A stretch of DNA of 64,000 nt, taken from a virus. Positions 38,754 to 47,969 of this stretch are shown one piece after another (the stretch's first letter is position 1; every line of letters starts with the position of its first letter). The stretch covers positions 1-64,000 of IMG/VR virus record IMGVR_UViG_3300024264_000006, one strand, 5' to 3'. The notes beneath the pieces were generated by a model that saw nothing but the letters and a program-made list of their open reading frames with translations, did no database searches and was not told where the DNA came from. Both the position numbers and the translations under genes were made by a program.

Positions 38754-39332
38754 TTTTTTAAACCAAGCAACTAAAGAAACTCTTCTTCCTTTGGTTATCT
38801 TGGTTACTTCATGAAAAGTGCTAGATGGAAAAGCAACGGTTTCCCCTACTTTTAAATCTATCACTTGACTTCCGTTCCGTTCTCTATCTTCAAAAAGACA
38901 AAGTTCTCCACCCTCTAGATTGTCACTAGTATATATTAAAGTACTACTAGAGACTTCTCTATCGTACAGGTGGGTTTGTTTAGCTAGTTCTGTAAGTTTA
39001 GGATTAAGTTCAAGAAGTTCTTTCTTTCCTGAAAATGTATCCTTATGTAGAGCGAAGTAAGACCCCTCCACATACTCAAGTAAATCGATCTGACCAATCT
39101 CCACTTCAGGATTCCCCAACCACTCTTCAAGTTCATTCATGGTGTCAGGGATCATGGTTTGATTTATCACTACTCTGTGAGTTTTACGATAATCGGGAAT
39201 ACTAACACCATGACTATTACTACCAGCGGTTTTAATAATAGCATCAGTTTTGGCCACGTCTTCACAACAGTCCAAGAGTTCTTGAATAGACTCTTCAGTA
39301 AGAGCGATTCCTTTTTTTATTATCCCAACCAT
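38733..39332 (-). CDS. 2OG-Fe(II) oxygenase
   Basis: 'FALHKD','EGGEL','FPS..FHEV..ITKGRRVSLVAW'. Confidence 0.88.
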   Translation of the reverse strand: MVGIIKKGIALTEESIQELLDCCEDVAKTDAIIKTAGSNSHGVSIPDYRKTHRVVINQTMIPDTMNELEEWLGNPEVEIGQIDLLEYVEGSYFALHKDTFSGKKELLELNPKLTELAKQTHLYDREVSSSTLIYTSDNLEGGELCLFEDRERNGSQVIDLKVGETVAFPSSTFHEVTKITKGRRVSLVAWFKKRLTHSV

Positions 39333-39913
39333 ACAACCAAAACCTCACGGTAACCAGACCGAATCTTTGTCACCTCATGTAGAAAGTGTGACGGAAAAAA
39401 TACTGTTTCTCCCGACTCTAGTACAATTTCATGAGCCAGTCCTTTTCTCCACACAACTAGTTTACCCCCTTTGAGGTCTTCAGAATGATCCAACATGGTG
39501 ACGGAAGTTACCCTCCGAAGCGTATGTTGTCCTGAAGAATCGATAGTCTTCTGATCATCTGTGTGTGGGGAAAAGATATCACCCTCAACATAACGCACAT
39601 AGTTTATATCTATAACTTTAATATCAGGATCAATTGAACGACTAGCAAACTCGTTTATTGGACTTACAATATCAGGTATTTCAGCTGTTGTAATTGCTTT
39701 ATTTTTACTCTTCCTAAACTCAGAACCTAATGCAGTAGTCAGTTTCTCTGTACTGGCCTTTTTGCCAGTTTTTGCCTGTTCGACATATATGGATTCACTT
39801 GATCCATCACTAACATGCGAAGAAACCCAAGGCGCATCATACTCCACCAACTCTTCACATTGATCGGAAGTTAGTATGTTGGCCTTAAGGGGTTCGAAGT
39901 CATAGTTAGACAT
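39320..39913 (-). CDS. 2OG-Fe(II) oxygenase
   Basis: 'FSPHTD','KGGKL','FFPS..LHEV..I.SGYREVLVVW'. Confidence 0.88.
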   Translation of the reverse strand: MSNYDFEPLKANILTSDQCEELVEYDAPWVSSHVSDGSSESIYVEQAKTGKKASTEKLTTALGSEFRKSKNKAITTAEIPDIVSPINEFASRSIDPDIKVIDINYVRYVEGDIFSPHTDDQKTIDSSGQHTLRRVTSVTMLDHSEDLKGGKLVVWRKGLAHEIVLESGETVFFPSHFLHEVTKIRSGYREVLVVWLG

Positions 39914-40163
39914 CGAGAGTGCTCGTTGTGTTTTTAATGAAGTTGAGACCCATCGCCTCTACCTCTAAGTTTTCTTTGATTGAATCGTTCAGATACTTTT
40001 TAATATCCTCTACTTCAATGTTGTTTTTTTCACAGAGATGTACTATAGAATCAATATAGTTCATCCCCGTCTTCATCACTTCCGATTCCACCATCTTCGA
40101 AAAGTTCTTCTTCGTCAGGAAGTTCTTTTGTTCCGATTCTGTTGGGTTGATAGTTTTCGCCAT
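39906..40163 (-). CDS. gp33: late-transcription coactivator gp33
   Basis: 'FS..VE..V....MNYIDSIVHLCEKNNIE.EDI.KY....IKE.LE.EA..LNF'. Confidence 0.85.
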   Translation of the reverse strand: MAKTINPTESEQKNFLTKKNFSKMVESEVMKTGMNYIDSIVHLCEKNNIEVEDIKKYLNDSIKENLEVEAMGLNFIKNTTSTLDV

Positions 40164-40719
40164 ACCAAATTACCTCAAGTTCTTTTGACCACACCTGTGC
40201 TATATCCGGATACCAAACTCCGAAAGTTCTTTTAGGAGTACCGTCAGGGTAGTAGGCCATTGCAACACAAACACGTTGCACTTTGGATTCCATATTGGCC
40301 CCATAACGGAAGTCACTCCAATGTCCAGTGGACAGGTAGTTCTTCATGTTTTTGACGTAATTGAAGAGATCGTTATACTCACCCCTTTCTTTGGAATTGT
40401 TGGAATGCTTTAGACTGGACATCCCCTTCAACTTCATCTCATTATCTTTGATCCACTCTTTAACTTTCAATGGGTGTAACCAATGATCGTCAGGTAAATC
40501 TCTCAGTGAATGATGGACAGATTTGAGACCAGTAGCGCCACGAGCGGCACGTGCTTTTGCAAGACGTTCAATCGCAGCCTCTTTCTGTTCTGGAGTCATA
40601 GGTTTACGTTTGCGTTTAATTTTCTTGCGCTCGTATCCCAACTCTTTCATGGCAGCGTTTTGCTTTTTACGGCGAGTTTCCGCTGCCTTCTGTCCTTTTG
40701 TCATTCTTCTTTTAACCAA
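40051..40719 (-). CDS. hypothetical basic protein
   Basis: 222-aa ORF, 'KRKPMTPEQKEAAIERLAKARAA'; overlaps gp33. Confidence 0.65.
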   Translation of the reverse strand: MVKRRMTKGQKAAETRRKKQNAAMKELGYERKKIKRKRKPMTPEQKEAAIERLAKARAARGATGLKSVHHSLRDLPDDHWLHPLKVKEWIKDNEMKLKGMSSLKHSNNSKERGEYNDLFNYVKNMKNYLSTGHWSDFRYGANMESKVQRVCVAMAYYPDGTPKRTFGVWYPDIAQVWSKELEVIWYGENYQPNRIGTKELPDEEELFEDGGIGSDEDGDELY

Positions 40720-40969
40720 AGCTTAAAAGTTTATCTATACGAAAACTACGCCATTCTTGAATATCAGTATCAAAAACACGTAGAGTCGTATCTCCACCTA
40801 CTGCCTGATCTACTGATCCAGACTTAGGCATTTTTTCTTCAGGAATTGAAGACATGTTCAGTGTCGCTTTCATTTCACGAACTAAACCGTCTTTCACTTT
40901 TTCAAATGAAAGAGATACTACGCCTTCACGTAACATATCTAACATTTCATCTCGACTTAAATCAACCAT
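40712..40969 (-). CDS. WYL_2/SH3-like small protein
   Basis: 'F.K.KDG..REM.ATL...VFD.D.QEWRSFR'; start reassigned to the ATG preceded by AGGAG. Confidence 0.7.
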   Translation of the reverse strand: MVDLSRDEMLDMLREGVVSLSFEKVKDGLVREMKATLNMSSIPEEKMPKSGSVDQAVGGDTTLRVFDTDIQEWRSFRIDKLLSFG

Positions 40970-41183
40970 TATTTTCTCCTTTGAAACGGTCACCATAGTG
41001 TGCATCAAGATATCGATCCGTATCCGGCCAGTGCATTTCAGTTTGGTCATCCAAGACTTCAATAGCCTTGTCTACCTTTTTCTTCATCATCATCTGTCTA
41101 CGTTGAGACTGTTGACGTTGTTGAACCTTCTGTGCAGCTCTTCGAATCATTGCGTACCTCTTAGCTTTAAAATGTTCGTCCAT
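40962..41183 (-). CDS. hypothetical protein
   Basis: 73-aa ORF with AGGAG upstream. Confidence 0.55.
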   Translation of the reverse strand: MDEHFKAKRYAMIRRAAQKVQQRQQSQRRQMMMKKKVDKAIEVLDDQTEMHWPDTDRYLDAHYGDRFKGENNG

Positions 41184-41190
41184 TATATAC

Positions 41191-41724
41191 TTATGCTCCT
41201 TGAGTTGTCAAGCGAAACCATGACGGCGCTTGTCTTTTTGTCCAGACCATATTGAACCTATCCTGTTTGGTCTGATAAAAATTCCGATATGATTGTACAG
41301 GATCACCTTCAACAATACATTCGGGGTGTTCTTTAAATGCAAGTCGGAATGGTGTCACAGTACCTCTAGGAATGTTGATAGGCGGGACACACAGACGTGC
41401 ACGAAACTTTTTCTCGGAAAGATGTACCTTACCATAGCGGTAGGTATACTCCTCGCACAGCGCAACCCAGTGTGCGTAGTGCCAGTTATAGTTCCCCATA
41501 GTCTCCATAGTCCATAGGGTAGATGGATGTTTAGGATGAGCTATCTTGTAAAGGTCTTCGTTACCTTCATCACCATCCAAAATTCTATGAACGCTGCACA
41601 ACATCTGAGCGCTTTCGAGCGGCATCTTGACGATATGTTTATCGCATTGTGCTACCGCAGATTCCACAGCTTCCGGAAAAGGATTCTTCCTTTCCGGATC
41701 GTATTCAATTCCAAAGATATTCAT
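41191..41724 (-). CDS. pyrimidine-dimer DNA glycosylase-family protein
   Basis: 'MNIF...CDKHIVKM.LESAQML','H.KHPST.W','EY..RY.K.H','V.SYR.FY'. Confidence 0.7.
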   Translation of the reverse strand: MNIFGIEYDPERKNPFPEAVESAVAQCDKHIVKMPLESAQMLCSVHRILDGDEGNEDLYKIAHPKHPSTLWTMETMGNYNWHYAHWVALCEEYTYRYGKVHLSEKKFRARLCVPPINIPRGTVTPFRLAFKEHPECIVEGDPVQSYRNFYQTKQDRFNMVWTKRQAPSWFRLTTQGA

Positions 41725-41879
41725 TCACAATCCTCACTCTGCTTTTCAAACAAAGCAAGTATTGCTTCTGTCTGTTCGTTGATTCGATCAGCCTGTTCGC
41801 AAATTCGTTTTGCTTGATCTAATATCTCATCAACTTTTTCTTCAACTTCCTTTACCGGAAACGGTATCACTTTACCCAT
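41721..41879 (-). CDS. hypothetical protein
   Basis: 'MGKVIPFP' start with GAGG upstream. Confidence 0.5.
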   Translation of the reverse strand: MGKVIPFPVKEVEEKVDEILDQAKRICEQADRINEQTEAILALFEKQSEDCE

Positions 41880-41971
41880 TGGGTTCCTCCCCTTTATGTT
41901 TTTTATAGCCTTCCTTCTCACGTTTCTTACGATCAACATGAGTAACAGGCCGATTGAACTTCTCCATGTTT

Positions 41972-42139
41972 TTAGCCACGGGGTTCGGTGTTTTGTTTTT
42001 GACTTTCTTCATAATGTCTTTTCAACCATTCACCATTGCGTTTAAGGAACTCATCGAAAGACAGTCTACCGTCTCCCCATGTGTCCCGCTCTTCACAATT
42101 CTCAATATACATCTCTCTCAGATAAGAGTCGTATTCCAT
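41972..42139 (-). CDS. hypothetical protein
   Basis: small ORF in early cluster with GAGG upstream. Confidence 0.5.
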   Translation of the reverse strand: MEYDSYLREMYIENCEERDTWGDGRLSFDEFLKRNGEWLKRHYEESQKQNTEPRG

Positions 42140-42156
42140 TCCTGTTAACCTCTTCA

Positions 42157-42702
42157 TTAGTTGTTGAAAGAAGCAAAGTGTGGGAAGTGTTCCATGAACA
42201 ACTCACCCTCCAACTTGTACGCTTCCTTTTCCCAAGGTTGGTTCTCATACTCGTAACCGTCCGCTTTGCGACCTTTCCAAGCCCAACCACCTTCGTTATA
42301 AAGTTCGCCACGTAAGAACTGCTTTGCGTGAACCATCTCATGAGCAAGAGTCTGCATCATCTCAATAAACCCGATCTTGCGGCCGCTGATAGAACATTGA
42401 CGAGCAATATGGATTTCCGCATACTCACCCTGAACACCGTCACAAAGACCCATCGCACCACCTTCGCAGTTTGTTTTGAACTTGACGATGATCACTGGTT
42501 TACGTAAACGGCTCAAACCTAAACCCATGATTAACTTATTGATAAAGTAACCAACAATAACCTTGTTTTTGACACGGCCTTCGATCACCACTTCCATCAT
42601 AATGTAATCCTCAATCAATTCAACAGGTATATTATCCCCTATTTGGGGCTCAATGGCAACACTTTTATCATTGTTTTTTTCGATTATTACCCAATCTTTC
42701 AT
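42157..42702 (-). CDS. HExxH zincin-like metallopeptidase (alternative start 42600)
   Basis: 'TLAHEMVHAKQ..RGEL','Y..QPWE.EAY'. Confidence 0.75.
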   Translation of the reverse strand: MKDWVIIEKNNDKSVAIEPQIGDNIPVELIEDYIMMEVVIEGRVKNKVIVGYFINKLIMGLGLSRLRKPVIIVKFKTNCEGGAMGLCDGVQGEYAEIHIARQCSISGRKIGFIEMMQTLAHEMVHAKQFLRGELYNEGGWAWKGRKADGYEYENQPWEKEAYKLEGELFMEHFPHFASFNN

Positions 42703-42707
42703 AGGTT

Positions 42708-42818
42708 TTATCGATTGCGACCCTTTAGAAGGGCGTGGATTAGTTTAGCTTCTTTGCCTTTGATTCGACGATCCTTTTTGATCTCTTTCTCAACAGCTTC
42801 TTTATTGTACTTAGCCAT
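42708..42818 (-). CDS. small basic hypothetical protein (36 aa, not in ORF track)
   Basis: MAKYNKEAVEKEIKKD...; TAATG coupling, GGAGG upstream. Confidence 0.5.
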   Translation of the reverse strand: MAKYNKEAVEKEIKKDRRIKGKEAKLIHALLKGRNR

Positions 42819-42988
42819 TAGACCTCCCGTACCGTACAGTACGCTTCAGTGAGACGAACAACCTCAAGGGTTGCAACACCAGTAGGATTAGATGAAGCGG
42901 GGACATCCCGCACGATAACGGTGCTTCCCACCGTCATACCCGCACAAGCGGGGAAGTTTTGACTAACGCAGTCATAGGATAGTGTCAT
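42818..42988 (-). CDS. small hypothetical protein (56 aa, not in ORF track)
   Basis: MTLSYDCV...; GAGGT RBS directly after an early promoter. Confidence 0.55.
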   Translation of the reverse strand: MTLSYDCVSQNFPACAGMTVGSTVIVRDVPASSNPTGVATLEVVRLTEAYCTVREV

Positions 42989-43019
42989 AAATTCACCTCT
43001 CTCATCAATTTATATACCC

Positions 43020-43051
43020 ATTATACGGTATTCTTGTTCTAAAGGCAAGCG
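43020..43051 (-). promoter_or_regulatory. sigma70-like early promoter
   Basis: CGC-TTGCCT-17-TATAAT. Confidence 0.75.
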
Positions 43052-43070
43052 TTTTCTTTAGAACATTTTG

Positions 43071-43355
43071 TTATTTACCAATGTGTTTTATATCACTTTT
43101 TGGAATAACCTGATACGCACCCTTATTGTAGGCTGGCGCAACAGTAAAGTTCTTAGACTCCCGATTCTTGTATGAGGTATCCTGCTCTGGTGAGTAGGGT
43201 GTGATCTCGTGAGACGGGTAATTTGGGGTCTCTCTCCGGAAACTGGGTTCTACCTTCAATTCTTTGAACTCCGGTGTACTCCGCTTCTTCTTAGACCAAG
43301 CGTTGTACTTCTTCTTCCTACCGTTGGGGTAGTGTCTCATAGAACCATGAAGCAT
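43071..43355 (-). CDS. hypothetical protein
   Basis: 'YT/FTVAPAYNKGAYQVI...DIKHIG'-type C-terminus seen in marine T4-like phages. Confidence 0.6.
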   Translation of the reverse strand: MLHGSMRHYPNGRKKKYNAWSKKKRSTPEFKELKVEPSFRRETPNYPSHEITPYSPEQDTSYKNRESKNFTVAPAYNKGAYQVIPKSDIKHIGK

Positions 43356-43606
43356 TAATATAACTCCCAACTCGCCTTTCTTCTACCCTCGTTCTGGGCT
43401 TTGAATTTCGCAAGTTTCTTATTTCTTTTGATTTTACTGTTAAGTTGATTCTTAACTTCGTTAGGTTTAACGTAGTATTGTCTCTTCTTAACTTCCTGTA
43501 CGACACCTGCTTTGTTGCAGGCTCTCTTGAATCTATTCAACATCTTGTTGAAGTCTTCGGTGTACTGGCCTTTATATCCAGTTTTTCTAGGCGTTACTTG
43601 TGGCAT
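43355..43606 (-). CDS. rpsU: ribosomal protein bS21
   Basis: 'MPQV...EDFNKMLNRFKR.C.KAGVV.EV.KRQYY.KP.E'; AGGAG RBS. Confidence 0.88.
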   Translation of the reverse strand: MPQVTPRKTGYKGQYTEDFNKMLNRFKRACNKAGVVQEVKKRQYYVKPNEVKNQLNSKIKRNKKLAKFKAQNEGRRKASWELY

Positions 43607-43973
43607 ATTTCTCCTGTGTTGTGAATGAGGCGAACTCATTCGGGTTAATTTTGTCGAATCCACAACCTGCTACGGCATAGAATTCTCCATCTTCGGTCTC
43701 AACAACGTCACCAACCGACATAGAGTACGGTCTCTCGTTGTTTACGAACTTGACTAGGGAGTAGTCCTCCCAGAGGTTCATCAATCTGAAAGACTCCTCC
43801 AGATCGTTTGTGTAGACATTCGCTACATACTTATAGTACTCAGCAGTACCGGATTGATACCCTTTAAAACCTTTATCGGCGTAAGCTGTGGTCTTGGGTG
43901 ATGCAGTCCATCCTTTAGAATTCACGAGGTCACCCTCTTCCGTGGACAGTTCAAATTGATATACTTTTAACAT
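43587..43973 (-). CDS. YodL-like hypothetical protein
   Basis: 'LEE.F...N...SMSVGDVV...FY.V...GF'. Confidence 0.55.
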   Translation of the reverse strand: MLKVYQFELSTEEGDLVNSKGWTASPKTTAYADKGFKGYQSGTAEYYKYVANVYTNDLEESFRLMNLWEDYSLVKFVNNERPYSMSVGDVVETEDGEFYAVAGCGFDKINPNEFASFTTQEKYATSNA

Positions 43974-44003
43974 ATTTACCTCTCTCATTTCAAATACAAG
44001 TAT

Positions 44004-44043
44004 AGGCTACCATAATCGGCACAGCTTGTCAAGCGTATAAATA
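44004..44043. promoter_or_regulatory. divergent promoters: sigma70-like (-) and late TATAAATA (+)
   Basis: CGC-TTGACA-17-TAGCCT on -; TATAAATA 44036-44043 on +. Confidence 0.6.
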
Positions 44044-44079
44044 GAAAAAAGATAAATTAATTTATAAACGGATATAAAT

Positions 44080-44343
44080 ATGAGTGACGATCTATTTGAT
44101 TTTGGGTTCACCATTGTAGATGAGGAAGAACTTGAGGTCGTACAGAAGGCAAACGAAACTTTGTCTCTAAATACAACTGCGGTCATATCCACTAAAGAAA
44201 AGTTGGATAAGTTGTTTAATGCGGTTCAACCCCTATTGAACAACCTAAAACAGAACCCAGAGAAAGAATATATACTTTGGCCTAATCGATTAGAGAAGAT
44301 TGAACAGTTTGAAGACCATATTCAAAAAATATACAAGGGATAA
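44080..44343 (+). CDS. hypothetical protein
   Basis: 'DFGFT.VDEEEL...PLLNNLK.NPEKEYILWPNR'. Confidence 0.65.
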   Translation: MSDDLFDFGFTIVDEEELEVVQKANETLSLNTTAVISTKEKLDKLFNAVQPLLNNLKQNPEKEYILWPNRLEKIEQFEDHIQKIYKG

Positions 44344-44345
44344 CC

Positions 44346-45245
44346 ATGAAATATAAGAACAAATCAGAATTTATTGTTCAGGGTGTTGCGGAAGACGGTG
44401 TTGTCAATTCCGTCATGATTCATCACGAGACTAAGAATGAGATAATCGCACCAGCTATAGGTGCTATCAAGTCACACAAACTAAACCATGAACCCGGCTT
44501 AATCATAGATTCAGATGTTATCAAAAACACTGTACTGACTCGTTCTCCTATTACATGTAACACAATTCAGGGTCTCCAGTCATCAGCGGATCATGATCGT
44601 CCTTTAGAAGTATTGTTTGTTGGTTACTACGATCAAGGCAGACAACTTAACTGGTTGATGGACAATCACAGTGAAACCAACTTGGTCTATAACAAAGATG
44701 GTATTCCTTACGATTCAAGAGAGATTTCTCAGATTGTTAAGTATGAGATTGCCTCACAATTTCACCCAGTCATTGCTGACCAATATCCCTATAACATGAA
44801 TGTCACTGTCGTGGAACCACCTGAGTCTAGACACCAAGGTGCAATACATGATGTCTATGATCGATTCAACATAACAAAACTCACATGCAACAAACAGTTC
44901 AAGTTTGGATCAACATCTTGGAAACTAACAGAGACTCCTGCTCGACAATTTGATGTTGTAGTGTTCACGTATGTTCCTAAGAAGTATGATGATACTACGT
45001 TTGATACAAGTTATGTTGCAGAGCGTTTAGGTTCAGCCATTAGACCAGATACAATTTTACTTGATGTTGACATTCAAGGTGAAGACGATGAACTTAGATT
45101 CTCAAACAGAGAGAACAAACTCGATATTAGTCCTCAAATAGTTAAGGCATTCTCTACACGTGCAGAATGGGATGAGGACGTTATTACTGGAAGATCAACC
45201 CATTTCAAATGGGTTTCAAAAGGTATCAGTGCGTATCAGATTTAA
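44346..45245 (+). CDS. hypothetical protein
   Basis: 299-aa ORF, no recognised motif. Confidence 0.6.
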   Translation: MKYKNKSEFIVQGVAEDGVVNSVMIHHETKNEIIAPAIGAIKSHKLNHEPGLIIDSDVIKNTVLTRSPITCNTIQGLQSSADHDRPLEVLFVGYYDQGRQLNWLMDNHSETNLVYNKDGIPYDSREISQIVKYEIASQFHPVIADQYPYNMNVTVVEPPESRHQGAIHDVYDRFNITKLTCNKQFKFGSTSWKLTETPARQFDVVVFTYVPKKYDDTTFDTSYVAERLGSAIRPDTILLDVDIQGEDDELRFSNRENKLDISPQIVKAFSTRAEWDEDVITGRSTHFKWVSKGISAYQI

Positions 45246-46117
45246 TCCCAGTCTACGTTCTTCGGAACGTATGCTTTGATCTTCTGACGAATCGACTTAT
45301 CTAGTTTCTCTATACTAAGAGGATTCTTACCGGAACGTTTGACATAGAAGTAGTTTGCATCTTTAACATACGAACCACCCTTGCCTGACTTGACTAGTTT
45401 TGCATCAACACCAACCTTGTTGAATGCGAACACGATGTCTCCGTCCATGTATCTTTTCAACCTAGTGCCCATGTTGATGATGTCGCCCATAGTGTTTGCG
45501 GCACCACGGTGAGTGTTGATTAGAATCTCTGAAGGAACTGTACGTGCACGTTTGGCATTCTGTGCTTGTGCAACTTCGATGTCGTTCACTACCCATACGA
45601 TATGGATGTTCTTCTTGTCGTAACCTAACTTCGAAGCATCCTTTGCAATCTTCTCTAACTTGTCTAGTGACTTGAGTGTCATGTCAAAGATAATGTTGGG
45701 TTTACGATCTTCTGGAGCAGCAAGAACACCACGGTAAAACGCTCGTTCTTTACGTTGATCGATTTTTAGAAAATTGCCCATGATATCGTGAAGCTTCTCT
45801 ACATTCTTAGGGTCTTTAAGATTCTTGGAAAGGTCTTCGATGTCTACACCAAGTTCTGTGGCGACACGTCTCTTAATAGCAGGAGTCTTTGATGCTAATG
45901 TTTTTAGTTCATCAACATCAAAAACTTTGCCTTCCAGACCGACTAGATTACTTAAAACAAATCCTTTACCAGAGCCAGCACCACCCGCCATAAGAACAAT
46001 GTGTCCGTAGTTGGGATAGGCTTGACCGCCAAAGGTAATGAGTTTTTCTAGAAGAGTTTCTGCCTCTTGCGAAGCATACAAAATCTCTTCATGCAAAAAA
46101 GAGTTAAAGGATTGCAT
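45242..46117 (-). CDS. P-loop kinase (zeta-toxin/AAA_33-like), probable internal head protein
   Basis: Walker A 'AGGAGSGK'; 'A...N.KRAR.VP'; 'MQSFNSFLHEE..LLEK' leader; late promoter 46146-46153. Confidence 0.7.
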   Translation of the reverse strand: MQSFNSFLHEEILYASQEAETLLEKLITFGGQAYPNYGHIVLMAGGAGSGKGFVLSNLVGLEGKVFDVDELKTLASKTPAIKRRVATELGVDIEDLSKNLKDPKNVEKLHDIMGNFLKIDQRKERAFYRGVLAAPEDRKPNIIFDMTLKSLDKLEKIAKDASKLGYDKKNIHIVWVVNDIEVAQAQNAKRARTVPSEILINTHRGAANTMGDIINMGTRLKRYMDGDIVFAFNKVGVDAKLVKSGKGGSYVKDANYFYVKRSGKNPLSIEKLDKSIRQKIKAYVPKNVDWD

Positions 46118-46148
46118 TGTTGTCCCAGTCTGAGTTATATAAAGTTAT

Positions 46149-46283
46149 TTATATAAAAAGGGCCACCAACCAAGCCAAACCAAATAAAATAACTACGTTT
46201 GGATATACAGTCCATACGGTCTTAATATCATCCCATGTACCCTTAGCGAGTCTGGTTGATTCTCGTTTAAATGAGTTCCACAT
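46149..46283 (-). CDS. small membrane protein (44 aa, not in ORF track)
   Basis: MWNSFKRE...VVILFGLAWLVALFI; TAATG coupling. Confidence 0.5.
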   Translation of the reverse strand: MWNSFKRESTRLAKGTWDDIKTVWTVYPNVVILFGLAWLVALFI

Positions 46284-46912
46284 TACTTTTCTCCTGTTAT
46301 GATAGAAACATTATCGGGTATATTTATCTTAATTTTATTATGAGAATGGTACAAATAAAAGTTTACACCCTTAAATTCTGTGAACATGTGAGTCCAGATA
46401 GGACGCCAATTGTTTGCGAGTCTGTAGGTATTTTGTGTACCCCTATCACTCTCTAAGATCAAATCAGTAGAACTCAGAAGAGACATGTCAAATATAGAAT
46501 CGAATCCATAGATGTGTACCTCGTCAGCCCTCATGGTTCGACAGGCATAGTCAACTGCCATATGACCACAGGAATAATTTGTTGCTGCCTGTCCTTCGGT
46601 TTGGCCAGGCAACTGTGCGTAAGAAGGAATGTGTTGATGGAATCCTTTAATGTTCTGGGAATACTTCAAGTAGAAGTTTGGTTGCATTTCCATCCATCGT
46701 CTTGGTCTTGTACCAAGAACCCAATCATACATGTCAAGTTTTACCAACCCATCGGCAAGTGCCTTCATCATTTTGAAGTCAACCATACAGGTAGCATGTA
46801 CTTCTTTTTTAGGAATTTCGAATGGAGGCATGTTGCATATTAACAACTTGCCTGGCTGACCACGCTCAAACATATAGGCGTGATCGCCATTTCCCAGAAC
46901 ATTTACTCTCAT
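46283..46912 (-). CDS. GT29/Maf(DUF115)-like transferase
   Basis: 'VNVLGNG','SCGHMA..YA','EVHIYGFD'. Confidence 0.5.
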   Translation of the reverse strand: MRVNVLGNGDHAYMFERGQPGKLLICNMPPFEIPKKEVHATCMVDFKMMKALADGLVKLDMYDWVLGTRPRRWMEMQPNFYLKYSQNIKGFHQHIPSYAQLPGQTEGQAATNYSCGHMAVDYACRTMRADEVHIYGFDSIFDMSLLSSTDLILESDRGTQNTYRLANNWRPIWTHMFTEFKGVNFYLYHSHNKIKINIPDNVSIITGEK

Positions 46913-47319
46913 AGCGTAACGATACCCTTCTCAATTAAGTATTCACGATTCTTTAGATGTTCATCTTCAACATCATCTTTTGACTGACCATGATACCTTA
47001 CTGCGAGTCTCTTGTCAATCATTATTTGATTTATATTTTTCCCATCTACAATGAATTCACCAAGTATCCGACCAAACTTACCAGCCTTGTCTTTACTTGT
47101 TCTCAAAACAGATGTCTTACCTAGAGACTCTTTAAGAAACTTTCCAGCAAGTTTACCAAAAACCTTCTCCACTTTATCACGAGTACGTGATTCTGGTGTA
47201 TCGATTCCAAGAAGGCGAATGCGTTCCTTGTGAATCCAAATACCGAATCCTAAATCGATATCTACGTCAACCGTGTCTCCGTCTACAACACGTACAATTT
47301 TTACTGGATACTCAAACAC
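46909..47319 (-). CDS. thermonuclease (SNase-like)
   Basis: 'RVVDGDTVD..IDLGF...RIRLLGIDTPESR','KFGRILG'. Confidence 0.88.
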   Translation of the reverse strand: MFEYPVKIVRVVDGDTVDVDIDLGFGIWIHKERIRLLGIDTPESRTRDKVEKVFGKLAGKFLKESLGKTSVLRTSKDKAGKFGRILGEFIVDGKNINQIMIDKRLAVRYHGQSKDDVEDEHLKNREYLIEKGIVTL

Positions 47320-47545
47320 TCCAAGTACCCCCCTCACCGTCTGTCAGAAAATGTTTTTTGATTGTTTCAATCTTTTCTTCTGCCTCGGCAATTTTAGTTA
47401 TTTGAGTTTCAATGGCCTCGACGATATCAGGATGTTCCCCAATACCAACAGAACTAGTTAAGTAAACTTCAGTGTTTGCTTTTGCTATTGCAATCTCACC
47501 TTCTAGTCTTTTTACTAGAGCTTCAATTAGACTTAGATTCTTCAT
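47312..47545 (-). CDS. hypothetical protein
   Basis: 'AN.EVYL...VGIGEHPDIVEAI'. Confidence 0.6.
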   Translation of the reverse strand: MKNLSLIEALVKRLEGEIAIAKANTEVYLTSSVGIGEHPDIVEAIETQITKIAEAEEKIETIKKHFLTDGEGGTWSV

Positions 47546-47969
47546 CTTTTTTTCCTTCCTCCTTTTCATCTACCTGTTCTTCCTCTGAGTTAATAGTACG
47601 GTAGTAAACTACTACTTCCTTTAATTGATTAATGTATCTACGAATTTCTTGCATATTGTATGCCATGAGTTCATAGTCACCAACCGACATCGCTGTAAAG
47701 ACTAATTGTCCTTGATGTCTCTTCTTGATATCCTCAAGAAAAGTTTCGATGTTTTTATCAGATACAACATACCACTGTGGGTCTTTCAATGCGATTGCAC
47801 GTGGCATCTGTGGATGTGTGATCGGGATTTGTACCTCTACAGTACGAATTTCTACAGGTATTGGTTTAGGTGGTTCGTTCTTTCCCCAAGGGATAGACAG
47901 AGTAGAACATCCACTAATCATCAATGCTGTCGATAACAGCAGTATCGTTTTCAATCGTTCTGAATACAT
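47523..47969 (-). CDS. o-spanin-like lipoprotein
   Basis: lipobox 'LMISGC', Pro-rich segment, overlaps upstream TM/coiled-coil gene. Confidence 0.7.
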   Translation of the reverse strand: MYSERLKTILLLSTALMISGCSTLSIPWGKNEPPKPIPVEIRTVEVQIPITHPQMPRAIALKDPQWYVVSDKNIETFLEDIKKRHQGQLVFTAMSVGDYELMAYNMQEIRRYINQLKEVVVYYRTINSEEEQVDEKEEGKKDEESKSN

